A stretch of DNA of 64,000 nt from an uncultured Verrucomicrobiae bacterium (GCA_963719495.1 CAVRCI010000001.1:128001-192000); one strand, 5' to 3'; shown: positions 10,313-20,390, numbered from the stretch's first letter. A program made the numbers and translations. Notes: generated by a model from the letters alone, not told the origin.

Positions 10313-12288
10313 ATGATCATTCAAGGAGCGGCGGCTTCCAGCCGCCGAAGTCCGCCAAATCGAGCGAAGCGAGAGAGCCGAGGTATCTTTCAAGAAGCGG
10401 CGATTTTCAATCGCCGAACCAACCAACCGGCGAAGCCGCAAACCCCGCCAAGCTCTTCCTCATCACCCTCGCCTTAACGCTCACCACCCTCGCCCCCAAC
10501 ACCCGGGCCCAGGTCCTCGACGCCGCCACCGCCGCCTCTCCCCAAGCCGCCCCGGCTCCCGCGTCCCCCGCCGGCGGCTCGAACTTCCTCGGCCGCGACG
10601 CCCCCTCGTTCGATCCCGCGAACGAAATGATCACGTGGGACGGCAAGACGTGGAACGTGAACAACAACCGCCTCTTCGAAGCCCGCTTCGAGAAATACCT
10701 CAACATCGCCGCCGAGACCGACGAAGAGGACGCGAAATACAACGCCATCCTCGCCGAGCTCCTCAACCTCCTCAGCGCCAACAACGTCACCCCCACCTCC
10801 CTCGACCGGGCCTTCGAACTCTTGCCCCAGGCCTCCGAATACCGCCGCGACGCCGGCCTCGGCGACACCATCGCCAACCAAGTCTACTCCGCCTGGCGCG
10901 CCCGCCGCGAGCTCAGCCGCATCCGCCAGGCCGACACCGCCCTGCTTCAGGAACGCCGTCGCGTCGAACGCAATCAGCTCATCACCGCCGACACGCGTCC
11001 GTTGCAACGAGTGACCGGAGCCAATCCCGAAGAAACCGCCGCCAACGCCACCGCCCTCGCCGAGCGCCGCGGCATCGAGATGCAGCCCTTCACCACCCGA
11101 CTCGTCGAGCTCAATACCCTCCTCAAGACGAACCAGACCCGCCGCGAGCTGCAGGAAGCCCAAACGAAAATCGAATTTCAAGCCCTCATCGTCCAACTCT
11201 TCATTCAGCGCCGCTTCGAGCACGTCCTCATCGCCACCCGCTTCTACCGCAACGTCTTCGCCGACGGCGACGACCAGCTGGACATCAAAGGCGAAAGCAA
11301 AAACCTCTTCGCCAAGACGACCGGCCTGCCCCCCACCGTCGGCACCGTCGATTCCCTCGCCAACGAAATCATCCGCGACGTCGCCGAGGGCATCGAGGCC
11401 TACGAATTCCTCCTCGAACGCGACGAACTCGAATCCGCCACCAAGCGACTCGCCGAAACCTTCCTCGTCGGCGAATACCTCCCCGAGGTCCGCACCCTCG
11501 CCCGCGACGACAAACGCCGCGCCCTCGCCTTCGTCCAAGCCTCGAACCAACTCGTCTCCGCCCTCGAGGTGAAGGACTACACCCTCGCCGAGAAGCTCGT
11601 CGCCGAACTCGAGCAAACCGCCCGGGATTTCGACAATTCCAAACCGATGGCCGCGATCCAAACCGCCAAAACCGTTGCCTCCATGCACCTCGCAAAAGCC
11701 CGCAACGCCGCCGTCGCCGGCGAGCGCGACGTCCTCGAATCCGAGCTCGCCGCCGCCACCGAGATCTGGCCCCGCAATCCCGCCCTCGCCGAGATTTCCT
11801 CCACGATCTTCTCCCGCGGCGACGTCCAGGGCAAAGCGCTCGTCGACTTCGATCAGCTCCTCAGCCAAAAGAACTACCGCCAGATCTTCGACGACAAGGA
11901 ACGCCTCATCGCCGCCACCGCCCTCGACCCCGCCCGCCAGCAGCAGCTCCGCGAGGTCCTCGCCGACATGACCGCCATCGAAGGTGCCATCATCCGCGCT
12001 CAGGAAATCGAGAAACGCGGAGACTCCGCCGGAGCCTGGGAATCCGCCGAAAAAGCGTTTCTCGAATTCCCCAACGACAGCAAACTCAACCAGCTCCGGG
12101 CCAACCTCACCACCCAGGCCGCCGAATTCGTCCGCTCCCTCCGCCGGGCCGAAGAACTTGAAGACCGCGACCAACCCGGCTCCAGCCTCGCCTGGTATCT
12201 CCAAGCCCAGCAGCAATACCCCAACAGCGACTTCGCCAAAGAAGGCATCGAACGCCTAACGAAAGAAATCCTCCCCGACGCCAGCTAA
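10309..12288 (+). CDS. Large exported alpha-helical (TPR-like C-terminus) hypothetical protein
   Basis: 659-aa ORF with host codon usage. A signal-like segment (LFLITLALTLTTLAPNTRA) follows a repeat-derived N-terminus. Helical repeats end in ...QQQYPNSDFAKEGIERL. Confidence 0.7.
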   Translation: MNDHSRSGGFQPPKSAKSSEAREPRYLSRSGDFQSPNQPTGEAANPAKLFLITLALTLTTLAPNTRAQVLDAATAASPQAAPAPASPAGGSNFLGRDAPSFDPANEMITWDGKTWNVNNNRLFEARFEKYLNIAAETDEEDAKYNAILAELLNLLSANNVTPTSLDRAFELLPQASEYRRDAGLGDTIANQVYSAWRARRELSRIRQADTALLQERRRVERNQLITADTRPLQRVTGANPEETAANATALAERRGIEMQPFTTRLVELNTLLKTNQTRRELQEAQTKIEFQALIVQLFIQRRFEHVLIATRFYRNVFADGDDQLDIKGESKNLFAKTTGLPPTVGTVDSLANEIIRDVAEGIEAYEFLLERDELESATKRLAETFLVGEYLPEVRTLARDDKRRALAFVQASNQLVSALEVKDYTLAEKLVAELEQTARDFDNSKPMAAIQTAKTVASMHLAKARNAAVAGERDVLESELAAATEIWPRNPALAEISSTIFSRGDVQGKALVDFDQLLSQKNYRQIFDDKERLIAATALDPARQQQLREVLADMTAIEGAIIRAQEIEKRGDSAGAWESAEKAFLEFPNDSKLNQLRANLTTQAAEFVRSLRRAEELEDRDQPGSSLAWYLQAQQQYPNSDFAKEGIERLTKEILPDAS

Positions 12289-12386
12289 ACCGCGCAGCGG
12301 TTCCGTCCAGGAAAAAGGTAGGGAAGGCGCGCCGCGCGTTCCGTGGCAATCTCGCCGGAGCAACGAAGCCAGCAAACCGCCATCCG

Positions 12387-13145
12387 CTACTCGAGAGCCC
12401 CGATCGCCGCCCGGCGATAATGCTCGTCCGGTCGATTCTCGATCCGGTCCGAAATCGTCGACTCCAAAAATTGCGGCCCACCCAGCAGATAATTTCCCGC
12501 CAGGATTTTCGCCCATTTGTCGAGCATCAGCATGATGTTGAGCACGTCGCGATCCGTCGCGCCCAGCGCCACCGGCCCGTGGTTCACCATCAGAATCACC
12601 TTCGGCGCCGCCCCGTGCGTGTCCATGAACTCGCGCAAGGAATCGCGCACCGCCACCGCCAGCCGCAAGCCCGGGTCGATGTAGGGCACGACCGCCAGAT
12701 TCCGACCGCACACCACGATTTCGTCCGGAAAAATGTGATTGAGAAAAGGCTCCGCGCCCAGCTTGCTGCACAGAATCCGGAGCATCGACACCGGGTGCGT
12801 GTGCCCCACCCACTTCGCTCCCGCCTCGCGGATGCACAGCGCGTGTAAAAACGTCTCCACCGAAGGCAGCTTCGCCGACGGATCCACCCGACTCGCCTCG
12901 AGCCGACCCCGCACCTCCGCATCGCTCGAGTCCGGCTCGTCGATCGCGGCCAGCACCGGATCGAGCTTCACCCGCGTGAATCCCGCCTCGTCGATCGTGC
13001 CCAGTTGACTACCCGAAGCCTTCACCAAAAACGTCCCATCGCCCAGATCGGCGCTGGTGTTTCCTTCGCCCAGGATGGCGAGTTCGCGATCTTCGCGCCC
13101 GAGTTCGTGCGAGAGCCGGATGACCCGGTCGAGGATGTCTTTCAT
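12387..13145 (-). CDS. Class II aldolase/adducin family protein
   Basis: [24 protein letters not shown] and MVNHG. Start placed at MKDILDRV because the longer ORF overlaps the tRNA. Confidence 0.88.
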   Translation of the reverse strand: MKDILDRVIRLSHELGREDRELAILGEGNTSADLGDGTFLVKASGSQLGTIDEAGFTRVKLDPVLAAIDEPDSSDAEVRGRLEASRVDPSAKLPSVETFLHALCIREAGAKWVGHTHPVSMLRILCSKLGAEPFLNHIFPDEIVVCGRNLAVVPYIDPGLRLAVAVRDSLREFMDTHGAAPKVILMVNHGPVALGATDRDVLNIMLMLDKWAKILAGNYLLGGPQFLESTISDRIENRPDEHYRRAAIGALE

Positions 13146-13169
13146 AGCGGGGAAGGGACCGGGGAAAAG

Positions 13170-13260
13170 TGGCGGTGGGAGAGGGATTTGAACCCTCGGA
13201 ACCCTTTTGGAGTTCGCATCTTTAGCAAAGATGTGCTTTCGACCACTCAGCCATCCCACC
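13170..13260 (-). tRNA. tRNA-Ser(GCT)
   Basis: Reverse complement reads GGTGGGATGGCTGAGTGGTCGAAAGCA-CATCT-TTGCTAA-AGATG-long variable arm-GAGGGTTCAAATCCCTC-TCCCACC-G-CCA. Confidence 0.96.
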
Positions 13261-13357
13261 AACTTGAAGACCAAAGGTATCCCGCAAATCCCCGCCGGGT
13301 CAAACGAGAATCAACGCAGAAAATCCCGGAGGGATTTTCAGCCCCGCCCGGCCCCCG

Positions 13358-14311
13358 TCACAGCACACCCGCAACGAGCCACCCAAGATACCCGGCATAA
13401 ATCCCCAGAAAGACGCCCCCCTCCCACCGCTTGAGCACGAACCCGGTCCGCATCAGCGGAATCACCAACGCGCACACCCCAATCATCACCATCACGTCCA
13501 CCGCGGTCACGCCCTGCGCATCGAGCGGATGGATGATCGAAGCAATCCCGAGGATGCAAAGCACGTTGTAGATCGTCGACCCGACGATGTTTCCCACCGC
13601 GATGTCCGCCTCGTTCTTCATCGACGCCACGATCGTTGCCGCCAATTCCGGCGTGCTCGTTCCCGCCGCCACGATGGTCAGGCCGATCACCGCCTCGCTC
13701 ACCCCCCACCCCCGCGCCAAACTCGCCGCCCCGTCCACCAAAAATCTCGCCCCGCCGACCAGCACCGCGATCCCGATCACCACCAGCACCGCGTCGATCC
13801 CCACGCTTTTCCCCGGCGATCCGACCGATTCCTCGAACTGCGCGTCGACCGCCTTGTTCCCGTTCTTCTTCGCCACCACGAAGCTCGCCACCCCGTAACC
13901 CACCAGCAACCCGACAAAAACCACACCATCCACCCGCGAAATTCCCCCATCGATGAGAAGCACCCCCGCCAACACGCACACTCCCAGCATGATCGGAAGA
14001 TCGAATCGAATGAGCTGATACTGAGTCCGCAGCGGGCAGATCATCGCCGCCACGCCGAGCACCACCGCGATGTTGAAAATGTTCGACCCCACCACGTTTC
14101 CAATCGCCATCCCGGTCTGCCCGTCGAGCGCCGCCTTGATGCTCACCAGCAACTCCGGCGCGCTCGTGCCGAAGGCCACCACCGTCAGCCCGACCACCAG
14201 GGGCGTCATTCCCAATCTCAACGCCAGCGAAGAACTACCGCGCACGAGCCACTCCGCGCCAAAATAAAGCATCGCGAGGCCAGCGGCGACAAAGAGGAGA
14301 TCGAGCAACAT
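13358..14311 (-). CDS. Ca2+/Na+ antiporter (YrbG family)
   Basis: Two alpha repeats: VAFGTSAPEL...GNVVGSNIFN and AAGTSTPEL...GNIVGSTIYN. Confidence 0.92.
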   Translation of the reverse strand: MLLDLLFVAAGLAMLYFGAEWLVRGSSSLALRLGMTPLVVGLTVVAFGTSAPELLVSIKAALDGQTGMAIGNVVGSNIFNIAVVLGVAAMICPLRTQYQLIRFDLPIMLGVCVLAGVLLIDGGISRVDGVVFVGLLVGYGVASFVVAKKNGNKAVDAQFEESVGSPGKSVGIDAVLVVIGIAVLVGGARFLVDGAASLARGWGVSEAVIGLTIVAAGTSTPELAATIVASMKNEADIAVGNIVGSTIYNVLCILGIASIIHPLDAQGVTAVDVMVMIGVCALVIPLMRTGFVLKRWEGGVFLGIYAGYLGWLVAGVL

Positions 14312-14414
14312 CGGTCGCGCATCATCCGGCATCATTCCGATTCGTCAAATCGCAACCGCCCACCGACCCGACTAATTGCTTCCGACGCCCCGCCCGGACC
14401 GCTATTTTCCCGCG

Positions 14415-15265
14415 ATGCCATCCACCGCCCGCGTTCGCGTCCCCGCCACCACGGCCAATCTCGGCCCCGGCTTCGACGCCCTCGGCATCGCCCTTCGTCT
14501 CTACAATACCATCACCGTCTCCCGCGCCGACGCCTCCGACCCTCACCCGATGATCGCCGCCGCCTCCGCCCGCTTCTTCGAGGCCGCCGCACGCCCAGCC
14601 TTCCCGTTCTCGTGGAAAATCCGAGGGGCCGTCCCGCGCTCCCGCGGCCTCGGCAGCAGCGTCACCGTCCGGCTCGGCGTCCTCCACGGCCTCAACGAGC
14701 TCGCCGACCGCCCCCTCGGCCCCGACGCCGTCTACCGCCTCTGCGCCGAGCTCGAAGGCCACCCCGACAACGCCGCCCCCGCCGCCTTCGGCGGCTTCGT
14801 CGTCGCCCGCGGCAACGGCGATTACCAGCGCTTCCGCGTCGCCTCGCGCCTCCACTTCGCGCTCCTCATCCCCGACTTCGAAGTCGAGACCGATCCCGCC
14901 CGCGACGTCCTCCCGGCCTCGATCCCCTTCGCCAACGCCGTTCGCAACGTCGCGAACACCGCCGCGATCACCGCCGCCTTCGCCTCCGCGAATTACCACG
15001 CCCTCCCCGGCTGCTTCGGCGACACCCTCCACCAACCCCACCGCGCCAGCCTCGTCCCCTGCCTCGATCCCGTGATCGCCGCCGCCGAGGAAGCCGGTGC
15101 CCTCGGTGGCTGGCTCAGCGGCTCCGGATCGACCATCGCCTGCCTCGCCGAAGACCACGCCGAAGCCGTGGCCGCCGCGATGAAGCGGGCCGCCGACTGC
15201 CCCGGTGCCCAGGTCCTCGTCACCACCGCCGACAACCAAGGCGTCCGAATTCTCCCCCCCGCTGA
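14415..15265 (+). CDS. thrB: Homoserine kinase (expected stop is out of frame at the C7 tract)
   Basis: VRVPATTANLGPGFDALG, PRSRGLGSS, EGHPDNAAPA, LHQPHR, LSGSGST and ADNQG. The frame as given does not stop until 16559; the TGA at 15263-15265 would be in frame with one extra C. Confidence 0.9.
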
Positions 15266-15267
15266 TC

Positions 15268-16461
15268 ATGCGCCGCTGGCTGGAAGGGATCGAGACGTTC
15301 GCCATCGACGTCATCCTCGAGCGCCGCTACGGCCGCCGCGCCGAAGCCCTCCGCTTCGTCCTCCTCCACCTCTCGACCCTCTACCGCGGCATCGTGCAGG
15401 CCCGCCTCGCGCTCTACCGCCACCGCTGGCTCCGCGAACGCTCCCCCGGCATCTCCGTCATCTCCGTGGGCAACATCTCCGTCGGTGGCACCGGCAAGAC
15501 GCCCGTCGTCGAAATGCTCGCCCGCGAGCTCACCGCCGGCGGCCGCCGCGTCGCCATCCTCAGCCGGGGTTACAAGAGCGTCTCCAAGCCCCTCGTCGTC
15601 CGCCTCTTCAACAACTTCACCGGAAAAACCCCCACCTTCGTCCCGCGCATCGTCAGCGACGGCAAGTCCCTCCTCCTCGACTCCCGCACCGGTGGCGACG
15701 AACCCTTCATGCTCGCCAACAGCCTCCGCGGCGTTGTCGTCCTCGTCGACAAGGACCGCGTCAAGAGCGCGATCTACGCCGCCGAACACTTCGGCTGCGA
15801 CACCATCCTCCTCGACGACGGCCTGCAATACCTCAAACTCGACCGCCGCATCGAGATCGTCCTCGTCGACCGCCAGGCCCCCTTCGGCAACGGCTTCATG
15901 CTCCCCCGCGGCACCCTCCGCGAACCCCCCGCCAACCTCCACCGCGCCACCCACATCTTCCTCACCAAGTGCAACGGCGACGACAACTCCGACCTCATCG
16001 CCCGCATCCGCGAGCACAACCGCACCGCCGACATCATCGAATGCCGCCACCGCGCCGTTCACCTGCGCAACCTCCTCTCCGGCGAAATCAAACCGCTCAG
16101 CCACCTCGACGGACTCACCGTCGGATCCCTCTGCGGCATCGCCGCCCCCGAGAGTTTCGAAAACGCCCTCCGCAACCTCGGCGCGAACCTCGAACTCACC
16201 AAGACCTACACCGACCACCACCGCTACTCCCACCGCGAGATCGAAAATTTCGTCCGCCGCTGCGCCAAACGCAACCTCGCCGCCATCCTCACCACCGAGA
16301 AGGACGCCGTCCGCATCCCCCGCGTCCTCGACCCCGCCGTCCCGATGTTTTACCTCCGCGTCGAAATCGAAATCCTCGCCGGTCAGGAAAACTGGGCCCG
16401 CTTCCTGACCCGCCTCACCACCCCCCAACCCATCATCCGCCCCACACCCATCTACGCTTGA
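15268..16461 (+). CDS. lpxK: Tetraacyldisaccharide 4'-kinase
   Basis: VISVGNISVGGTGKTP, ILSRGY, GDEP, LLDDGLQ, LPRGTLREP, DHHRY and TTEKDAV. Confidence 0.96.
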   Translation: MRRWLEGIETFAIDVILERRYGRRAEALRFVLLHLSTLYRGIVQARLALYRHRWLRERSPGISVISVGNISVGGTGKTPVVEMLARELTAGGRRVAILSRGYKSVSKPLVVRLFNNFTGKTPTFVPRIVSDGKSLLLDSRTGGDEPFMLANSLRGVVVLVDKDRVKSAIYAAEHFGCDTILLDDGLQYLKLDRRIEIVLVDRQAPFGNGFMLPRGTLREPPANLHRATHIFLTKCNGDDNSDLIARIREHNRTADIIECRHRAVHLRNLLSGEIKPLSHLDGLTVGSLCGIAAPESFENALRNLGANLELTKTYTDHHRYSHREIENFVRRCAKRNLAAILTTEKDAVRIPRVLDPAVPMFYLRVEIEILAGQENWARFLTRLTTPQPIIRPTPIYA

Positions 16462-16469
16462 GCCGCCGC

Positions 16470-16511
16470 CCGAACAAAACTTCGATGCGGCCGCACCAAA
16501 GTTTTGTTCGG
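16470..16511. repeat. NotI-centred palindrome family, copy 1 (two mismatches)
   Basis: ccgaacaaaacttcgatgcggccgcaccaaagttttgttcgg, between convergent genes. Confidence 0.9.
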
Positions 16512-16528
16512 TCGAATGATCGCATTCG

Positions 16529-17227
16529 TCACTCGACCTTCCCCTCCACCTCCAAATAAGCCCGCTCCGTCGGCCTCCGAGTCTCGGGATTGATCGCTTC
16601 CACCCGCATCGACTTCAGCATCCACTGCCCGTCGATCCGCTGCGCCGACTTCACGGTGAACCTCTTCACGATCTTCCCCTCCCCGTTGTAGCCCTCCATC
16701 TGCATGATCGATCCGCTGTCCTTGTCGATCCACACGCGCACGACCCCATACTGACTCCGCCCGCGCGGGGACTGCACCTCGACTTCCCAGCACGACCGGC
16801 CATAGATCTTTTCGTCGCCGTTCAACTTGGCCCGCGGCCAATAAAGAAACGGCACCGCCAGATCCTCGTAAGTGATCGGCGTCCCCCCGATCCGCCGGTC
16901 GTATTTCGCGGACTTCACCGTCTGGTCGGACCCACCCGAGCGCTCCGTCAGAATCGCCTCGTCGTTCGTCAGCCGAAGCCCGATCTCCTGCCCCGATTCA
17001 AACGCGTACCGAATCTCCCCATCGTCGAGCGAAATCACGAACGGGATCTTGTCGCCGTCGGCGGTCCGCAATTCCGCCTCGAGCTTGGCCGACTGGCCAA
17101 TCTGGTTCATCCGCGCGGATCGGAGGATCTGGTCCGCACTCGGTTCATCCGCGGCTTGGCTACAGCCCATGCCTCCAAGGAGAAGGACGAGGAGGAGGTT
17201 CTTGGCTTGAGTGGATCGGGGATTCAT
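16529..17227 (-). CDS. LolA-like outer-membrane lipoprotein-sorting protein
   Basis: Signal/lipoprotein-like N-terminus, GTPITYEDL, GRSCWEVEV, SQYGVVRVWIDK and IDGQWMLKSMRVE. Confidence 0.75.
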   Translation of the reverse strand: MNPRSTQAKNLLLVLLLGGMGCSQAADEPSADQILRSARMNQIGQSAKLEAELRTADGDKIPFVISLDDGEIRYAFESGQEIGLRLTNDEAILTERSGGSDQTVKSAKYDRRIGGTPITYEDLAVPFLYWPRAKLNGDEKIYGRSCWEVEVQSPRGRSQYGVVRVWIDKDSGSIMQMEGYNGEGKIVKRFTVKSAQRIDGQWMLKSMRVEAINPETRRPTERAYLEVEGKVE

Positions 17228-17262
17228 CGGAGTCTGCCGCGCACTATCGACCACCGCCCCGG

Positions 17263-17910
17263 ATGGATCAAAGCCTCTTTCACCTCGTCAATTCCACTTG
17301 GGCCCACCCCGCGCTCGACCTCCCGATGGCCGCCATCTCGAGCTGGGATTTCTGGTGGCCGATCGCCGTCCTTGCCTGCCTTTTCGCGGTCATCTTCGGA
17401 GGATTTCGCGGGCGCGCTTTTGTCGTCTGCATCGGACTCGTGATCGGCTTCACCGACGGCCTCGTCGTCCGCACGCTCAAAAACACCATCGAGCGCCCCC
17501 GCCCCTACCAGGTCCTCGACGGCGTCCGCATCCTCGATCTGCAAAAAGCCAAACCGCGCCTCCTCGCCCTCGCCAAGCCGGTCAAAATCGAGATCTCCGA
17601 ACCGTCGATCCAACCCGTCACCGGCAACGCCTTCCCGTCCGGCCACGCGGCCAACAACTTCGCGCTCGCCACCGTCCTCGCCGTTTTCTACCGCCGCTGG
17701 GGCTGGCTCTACTTCCTCCCCGCGACCCTGGTCGCCTTCTCCCGGGTCTACGTCGGCAGCCACTATCCGTCCGACATCCTGGTCGCCGCGATCATCGGAG
17801 CCGGGTGCGGCTGTCTCGTCCTCGCACTCCTCGAGACGATCTGGCGGCGACTCGCTCCGCGCGTCGCCTCCACCCTCGCCGCCCGCCATCCCAGCTTACT
17901 CGCGCCGTGA
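17263..17910 (+). CDS. PAP2-family phosphatase (LpxE/LpxF/UppP-like)
   Basis: Complete PAP2 motifs KNTIERPRP, FPSGHA and SRVYVGSHYPSD. Confidence 0.92.
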   Translation: MDQSLFHLVNSTWAHPALDLPMAAISSWDFWWPIAVLACLFAVIFGGFRGRAFVVCIGLVIGFTDGLVVRTLKNTIERPRPYQVLDGVRILDLQKAKPRLLALAKPVKIEISEPSIQPVTGNAFPSGHAANNFALATVLAVFYRRWGWLYFLPATLVAFSRVYVGSHYPSDILVAAIIGAGCGCLVLALLETIWRRLAPRVASTLAARHPSLLAP

Positions 17911-19415
17911 AAATCTTCGGCCTCACGCTCCTCGTTCTGCTCACACTCGCCCGCTGTTGGCTCGCCGCCACGCAGGACGTCACGCCGCCCGAGGCCTACC
18001 ACTGGATGGAGAGCAACCAGCTGGAAGCCGCCTTCTTCGACGGCCCCGGCGGGACTGCGGCCCTCGTGAAATACGGGCAGGCCATCTTCGGCCATGGCCC
18101 TCTTGGCCTGCGGATCGCCTTCCCCTTCGCCGCGTTGATCGCCTCCCTCGCGATGTATCTGTTCGCCCGGAACCTGTTCGGCACCGCGGTGGGGGTCATC
18201 TCGGTCGCCTTTCTCAACGCCCTCCCGTTTTTCAACCTCGCCGCCATCCACGCCGACCCGGCGATGCCCGCCCTCGCCGCATCACTCGTGACCGCCTGGG
18301 CGACCTGGCGCGCCTTCGACCGCAAGCGCGACCTTCCCTCGTGGCTCATCGTGGGTGCCGCCATCGCCATCGGGATTCAATTTCGCTACGCAAACATCCT
18401 GGCCTGGATCGCGATTCTTGCCGTCTGCGTCGCGTCGCCACGTTATCGCGTGCAATTCCGCCGATCCGGAATCTACGCCGCCCTTCTCATCACCCTCGCG
18501 GGCTGCCTCCCCGCCATCGGTTGGAACATCCAGCACGATTGGGCCCCGCTCGCCCTCGGGACCTTCCGCACGGCCTTCACCTTCGACCCGGCGAAATGGC
18601 CCTCCGCCCTCGGTGCGCTTCAATCCGGGCTTTCGATCTTCGCCGCCCTCCTCCTCGTCGCGGCCACCATCATCGCGGCCCGGCGGACTCGCCACCACCT
18701 CCGACCGCGCTTCGTCACCGCCTGGGTGCTGCCGTTTTTTGGCGCGTGGCTCTTCTTCGCACTCCACGGCGACCGCGACCCCGCGGACCTGCTCACCGCC
18801 GCCGCCCTCGCCATTCCGATGGCCGCCTGGCTCGGCTCCGGCCAGATCCGGATTTTTCAGACAATCCTTCCCGCCATCGTTCTGATCACCGCCGCCTCGG
18901 CCGCCATCGCAATCACGCTGCCCCGTTGGAATCCCCATCCCTGGGCGCAGGGCGATAACGCCCTCCCGTGGCCCCGCATCGCCGCCGTCGCCGAAACGCT
19001 CCGGGACGAAGGTCAGACGACCCGGCCCGAATCCATCTTCTTCATCGCGAAAAATCCGGCCTACACCTCCGCGCTCAACTACCACCTCCCGAAGATCGCC
19101 CAAGGCCGCCCGCGCGAAGTCTTCCTTCGCGAATCGCAGGATCTTTCGAACCAATTCGGCCTCTGGCCGCGCTACGACGAATTCGTCGAAACCACGGAAG
19201 CCCCGGACGAATTTTTCGAAGAACTTCGCGCCGCCAATCCCTACGCCGGCCGCTCCGCTCTCTACGTCACGGACGAAACCGATCTCCCGCAGACCATCGC
19301 CAGCGCCTTTCGCGCCGTCTCGCTCGCCGCCACTCTCGACGTGACCGACCAGGCCGGACGCCGCCGCACTTTGCGGTTTTATTTCTGCGAGGACTACCAG
19401 ACGATGCCGCTTTGA
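17907..19415 (+). CDS. ArnT/GT39-like membrane glycosyltransferase
   Basis: GTG start overlaps the PAP2 stop; PPEAYHWME, FFDGPGG, LGLR and PAIGWNIQHDW; polytopic. Confidence 0.8.
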   Translation: MKIFGLTLLVLLTLARCWLAATQDVTPPEAYHWMESNQLEAAFFDGPGGTAALVKYGQAIFGHGPLGLRIAFPFAALIASLAMYLFARNLFGTAVGVISVAFLNALPFFNLAAIHADPAMPALAASLVTAWATWRAFDRKRDLPSWLIVGAAIAIGIQFRYANILAWIAILAVCVASPRYRVQFRRSGIYAALLITLAGCLPAIGWNIQHDWAPLALGTFRTAFTFDPAKWPSALGALQSGLSIFAALLLVAATIIAARRTRHHLRPRFVTAWVLPFFGAWLFFALHGDRDPADLLTAAALAIPMAAWLGSGQIRIFQTILPAIVLITAASAAIAITLPRWNPHPWAQGDNALPWPRIAAVAETLRDEGQTTRPESIFFIAKNPAYTSALNYHLPKIAQGRPREVFLRESQDLSNQFGLWPRYDEFVETTEAPDEFFEELRAANPYAGRSALYVTDETDLPQTIASAFRAVSLAATLDVTDQAGRRRTLRFYFCEDYQTMPL

Positions 19416-20113
19416 GCGCCACCACTCCATCCGTTTCCGTCGTCATCCCGCTCTACAACGAGGAGGACAACGTCCCGATTCTTCAGGCCGAACTCGACAC
19501 CGCCCTCGCCGGAATCGACGCCGAGATCGTCTTCGTCGACGACGGCTCGACCGACGCCACCGTCTCCCGCGTCCGACCCGGCGACCGCGTCCGCCTGCTT
19601 CGATTCGAGCGCAACGCCGGCCAAAGCGCCGCCATGATCGCCGGTCTGCGGGCCGCCCGCGGCGCCACGATCGTCATGCTCGACGGCGACCTCCAGAACG
19701 ATCCCGCCGACATCCCGCGGCTCCTCGCCGAGATCGCCAAAGGCGCCGACCTCGTTTGCGGCTACCGCGCCCACCGCGCCGACAAACTGACCAAAAAAAT
19801 CACCAGCCGCGTCGCGAACTACGTCCGCAGCCGCTTCGTCGGCGACGGCATCCGCGACACCGGCTGCACGCTCAAAGCCCTGCGCCGCGAATGCGTCCCC
19901 GCCCTCGTCCCCTTCCACGGCGTCCACCGGTTCATCCCGGCGCTCATCAAAAACGCCGGCCACTCGATCGTCGAGATCCCCGTCAACCACCGCGCCCGCC
20001 AACACGGCGTCAGCAAATACGGCCTCGGCAACCGCGCCCTCCGCGCCACCACCGACATGTTCGGAGTCCGCTGGCTCCAATCGCGAACGCTGGACTACCG
20101 GATCAAGTCGTGA
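19412..20113 (+). CDS. GT2 polyprenyl-phosphate glycosyltransferase (ArnC/RgtE-like)
   Basis: TTG start overlaps the upstream stop; VSVVIPLYNEEDN, VDDGSTD, NAGQSAA, LDGDLQNDP, DTGCTLK, HRFIP and VNHRARQHGVSKY. Confidence 0.9.
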   Translation: MSATTPSVSVVIPLYNEEDNVPILQAELDTALAGIDAEIVFVDDGSTDATVSRVRPGDRVRLLRFERNAGQSAAMIAGLRAARGATIVMLDGDLQNDPADIPRLLAEIAKGADLVCGYRAHRADKLTKKITSRVANYVRSRFVGDGIRDTGCTLKALRRECVPALVPFHGVHRFIPALIKNAGHSIVEIPVNHRARQHGVSKYGLGNRALRATTDMFGVRWLQSRTLDYRIKS

Positions 20114-20129
20114 GCCCGTGTCGGCGGGC

Positions 20130-20212
20130 CGGGGAGCGCGAGCTTCCAGCTCGCCGTGCCGGGCATCCTGCCCGGCAACTCGTCACCAAACCGGCGAAGC
20201 CGCATTTTTCCC
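20130..20212. repeat. REP-like double hairpin with C(A/T)TCC(A/T)G loops
   Basis: gcgag-cttccag-ctcgc and gccggg-catcctg-cccggc, followed by aaccggcgaagccgc. Confidence 0.75.
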
Positions 20213-20363
20213 CGAGTGCCACGCCCGCAGCGAGAGCCACGGCCCGGCAGGAGCCTCGTCCTCCGAATGCCCTATGCGTTCGGCTGCCGACAAGTTGCCA
20301 ACGTCGTCCCAGGCTCCTCAACTTGCTTGCGCGTTCGCTATCGCTCAGAATGACAGCCAGGAC

Positions 20364-20390
20364 AAAACAAGGGGGGCGCAAAGCGCCCCC
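20364..20390 (-). terminator. Intrinsic terminator downstream of ilvC
   Basis: Minus strand GGGGGCGC-TTT-GCGCCCCC followed by CTTGTTTT. Confidence 0.7.

Noticed and set aside
13170..13260. tRNA-Ser as integration site of an island
   Set aside because: No integrase and no duplicated tRNA 3' end were seen; the flanking genes look like backbone.
12387..13274. Aldolase ORF overlapping the tRNA
   Set aside because: The upstream extension is incidental; family similarity begins at the ATG at 13145.
14376..16559. 727-aa ThrB with a genuine C-terminal domain
   Set aside because: The extension is Arg/Pro-rich off-frame translation of lpxK.
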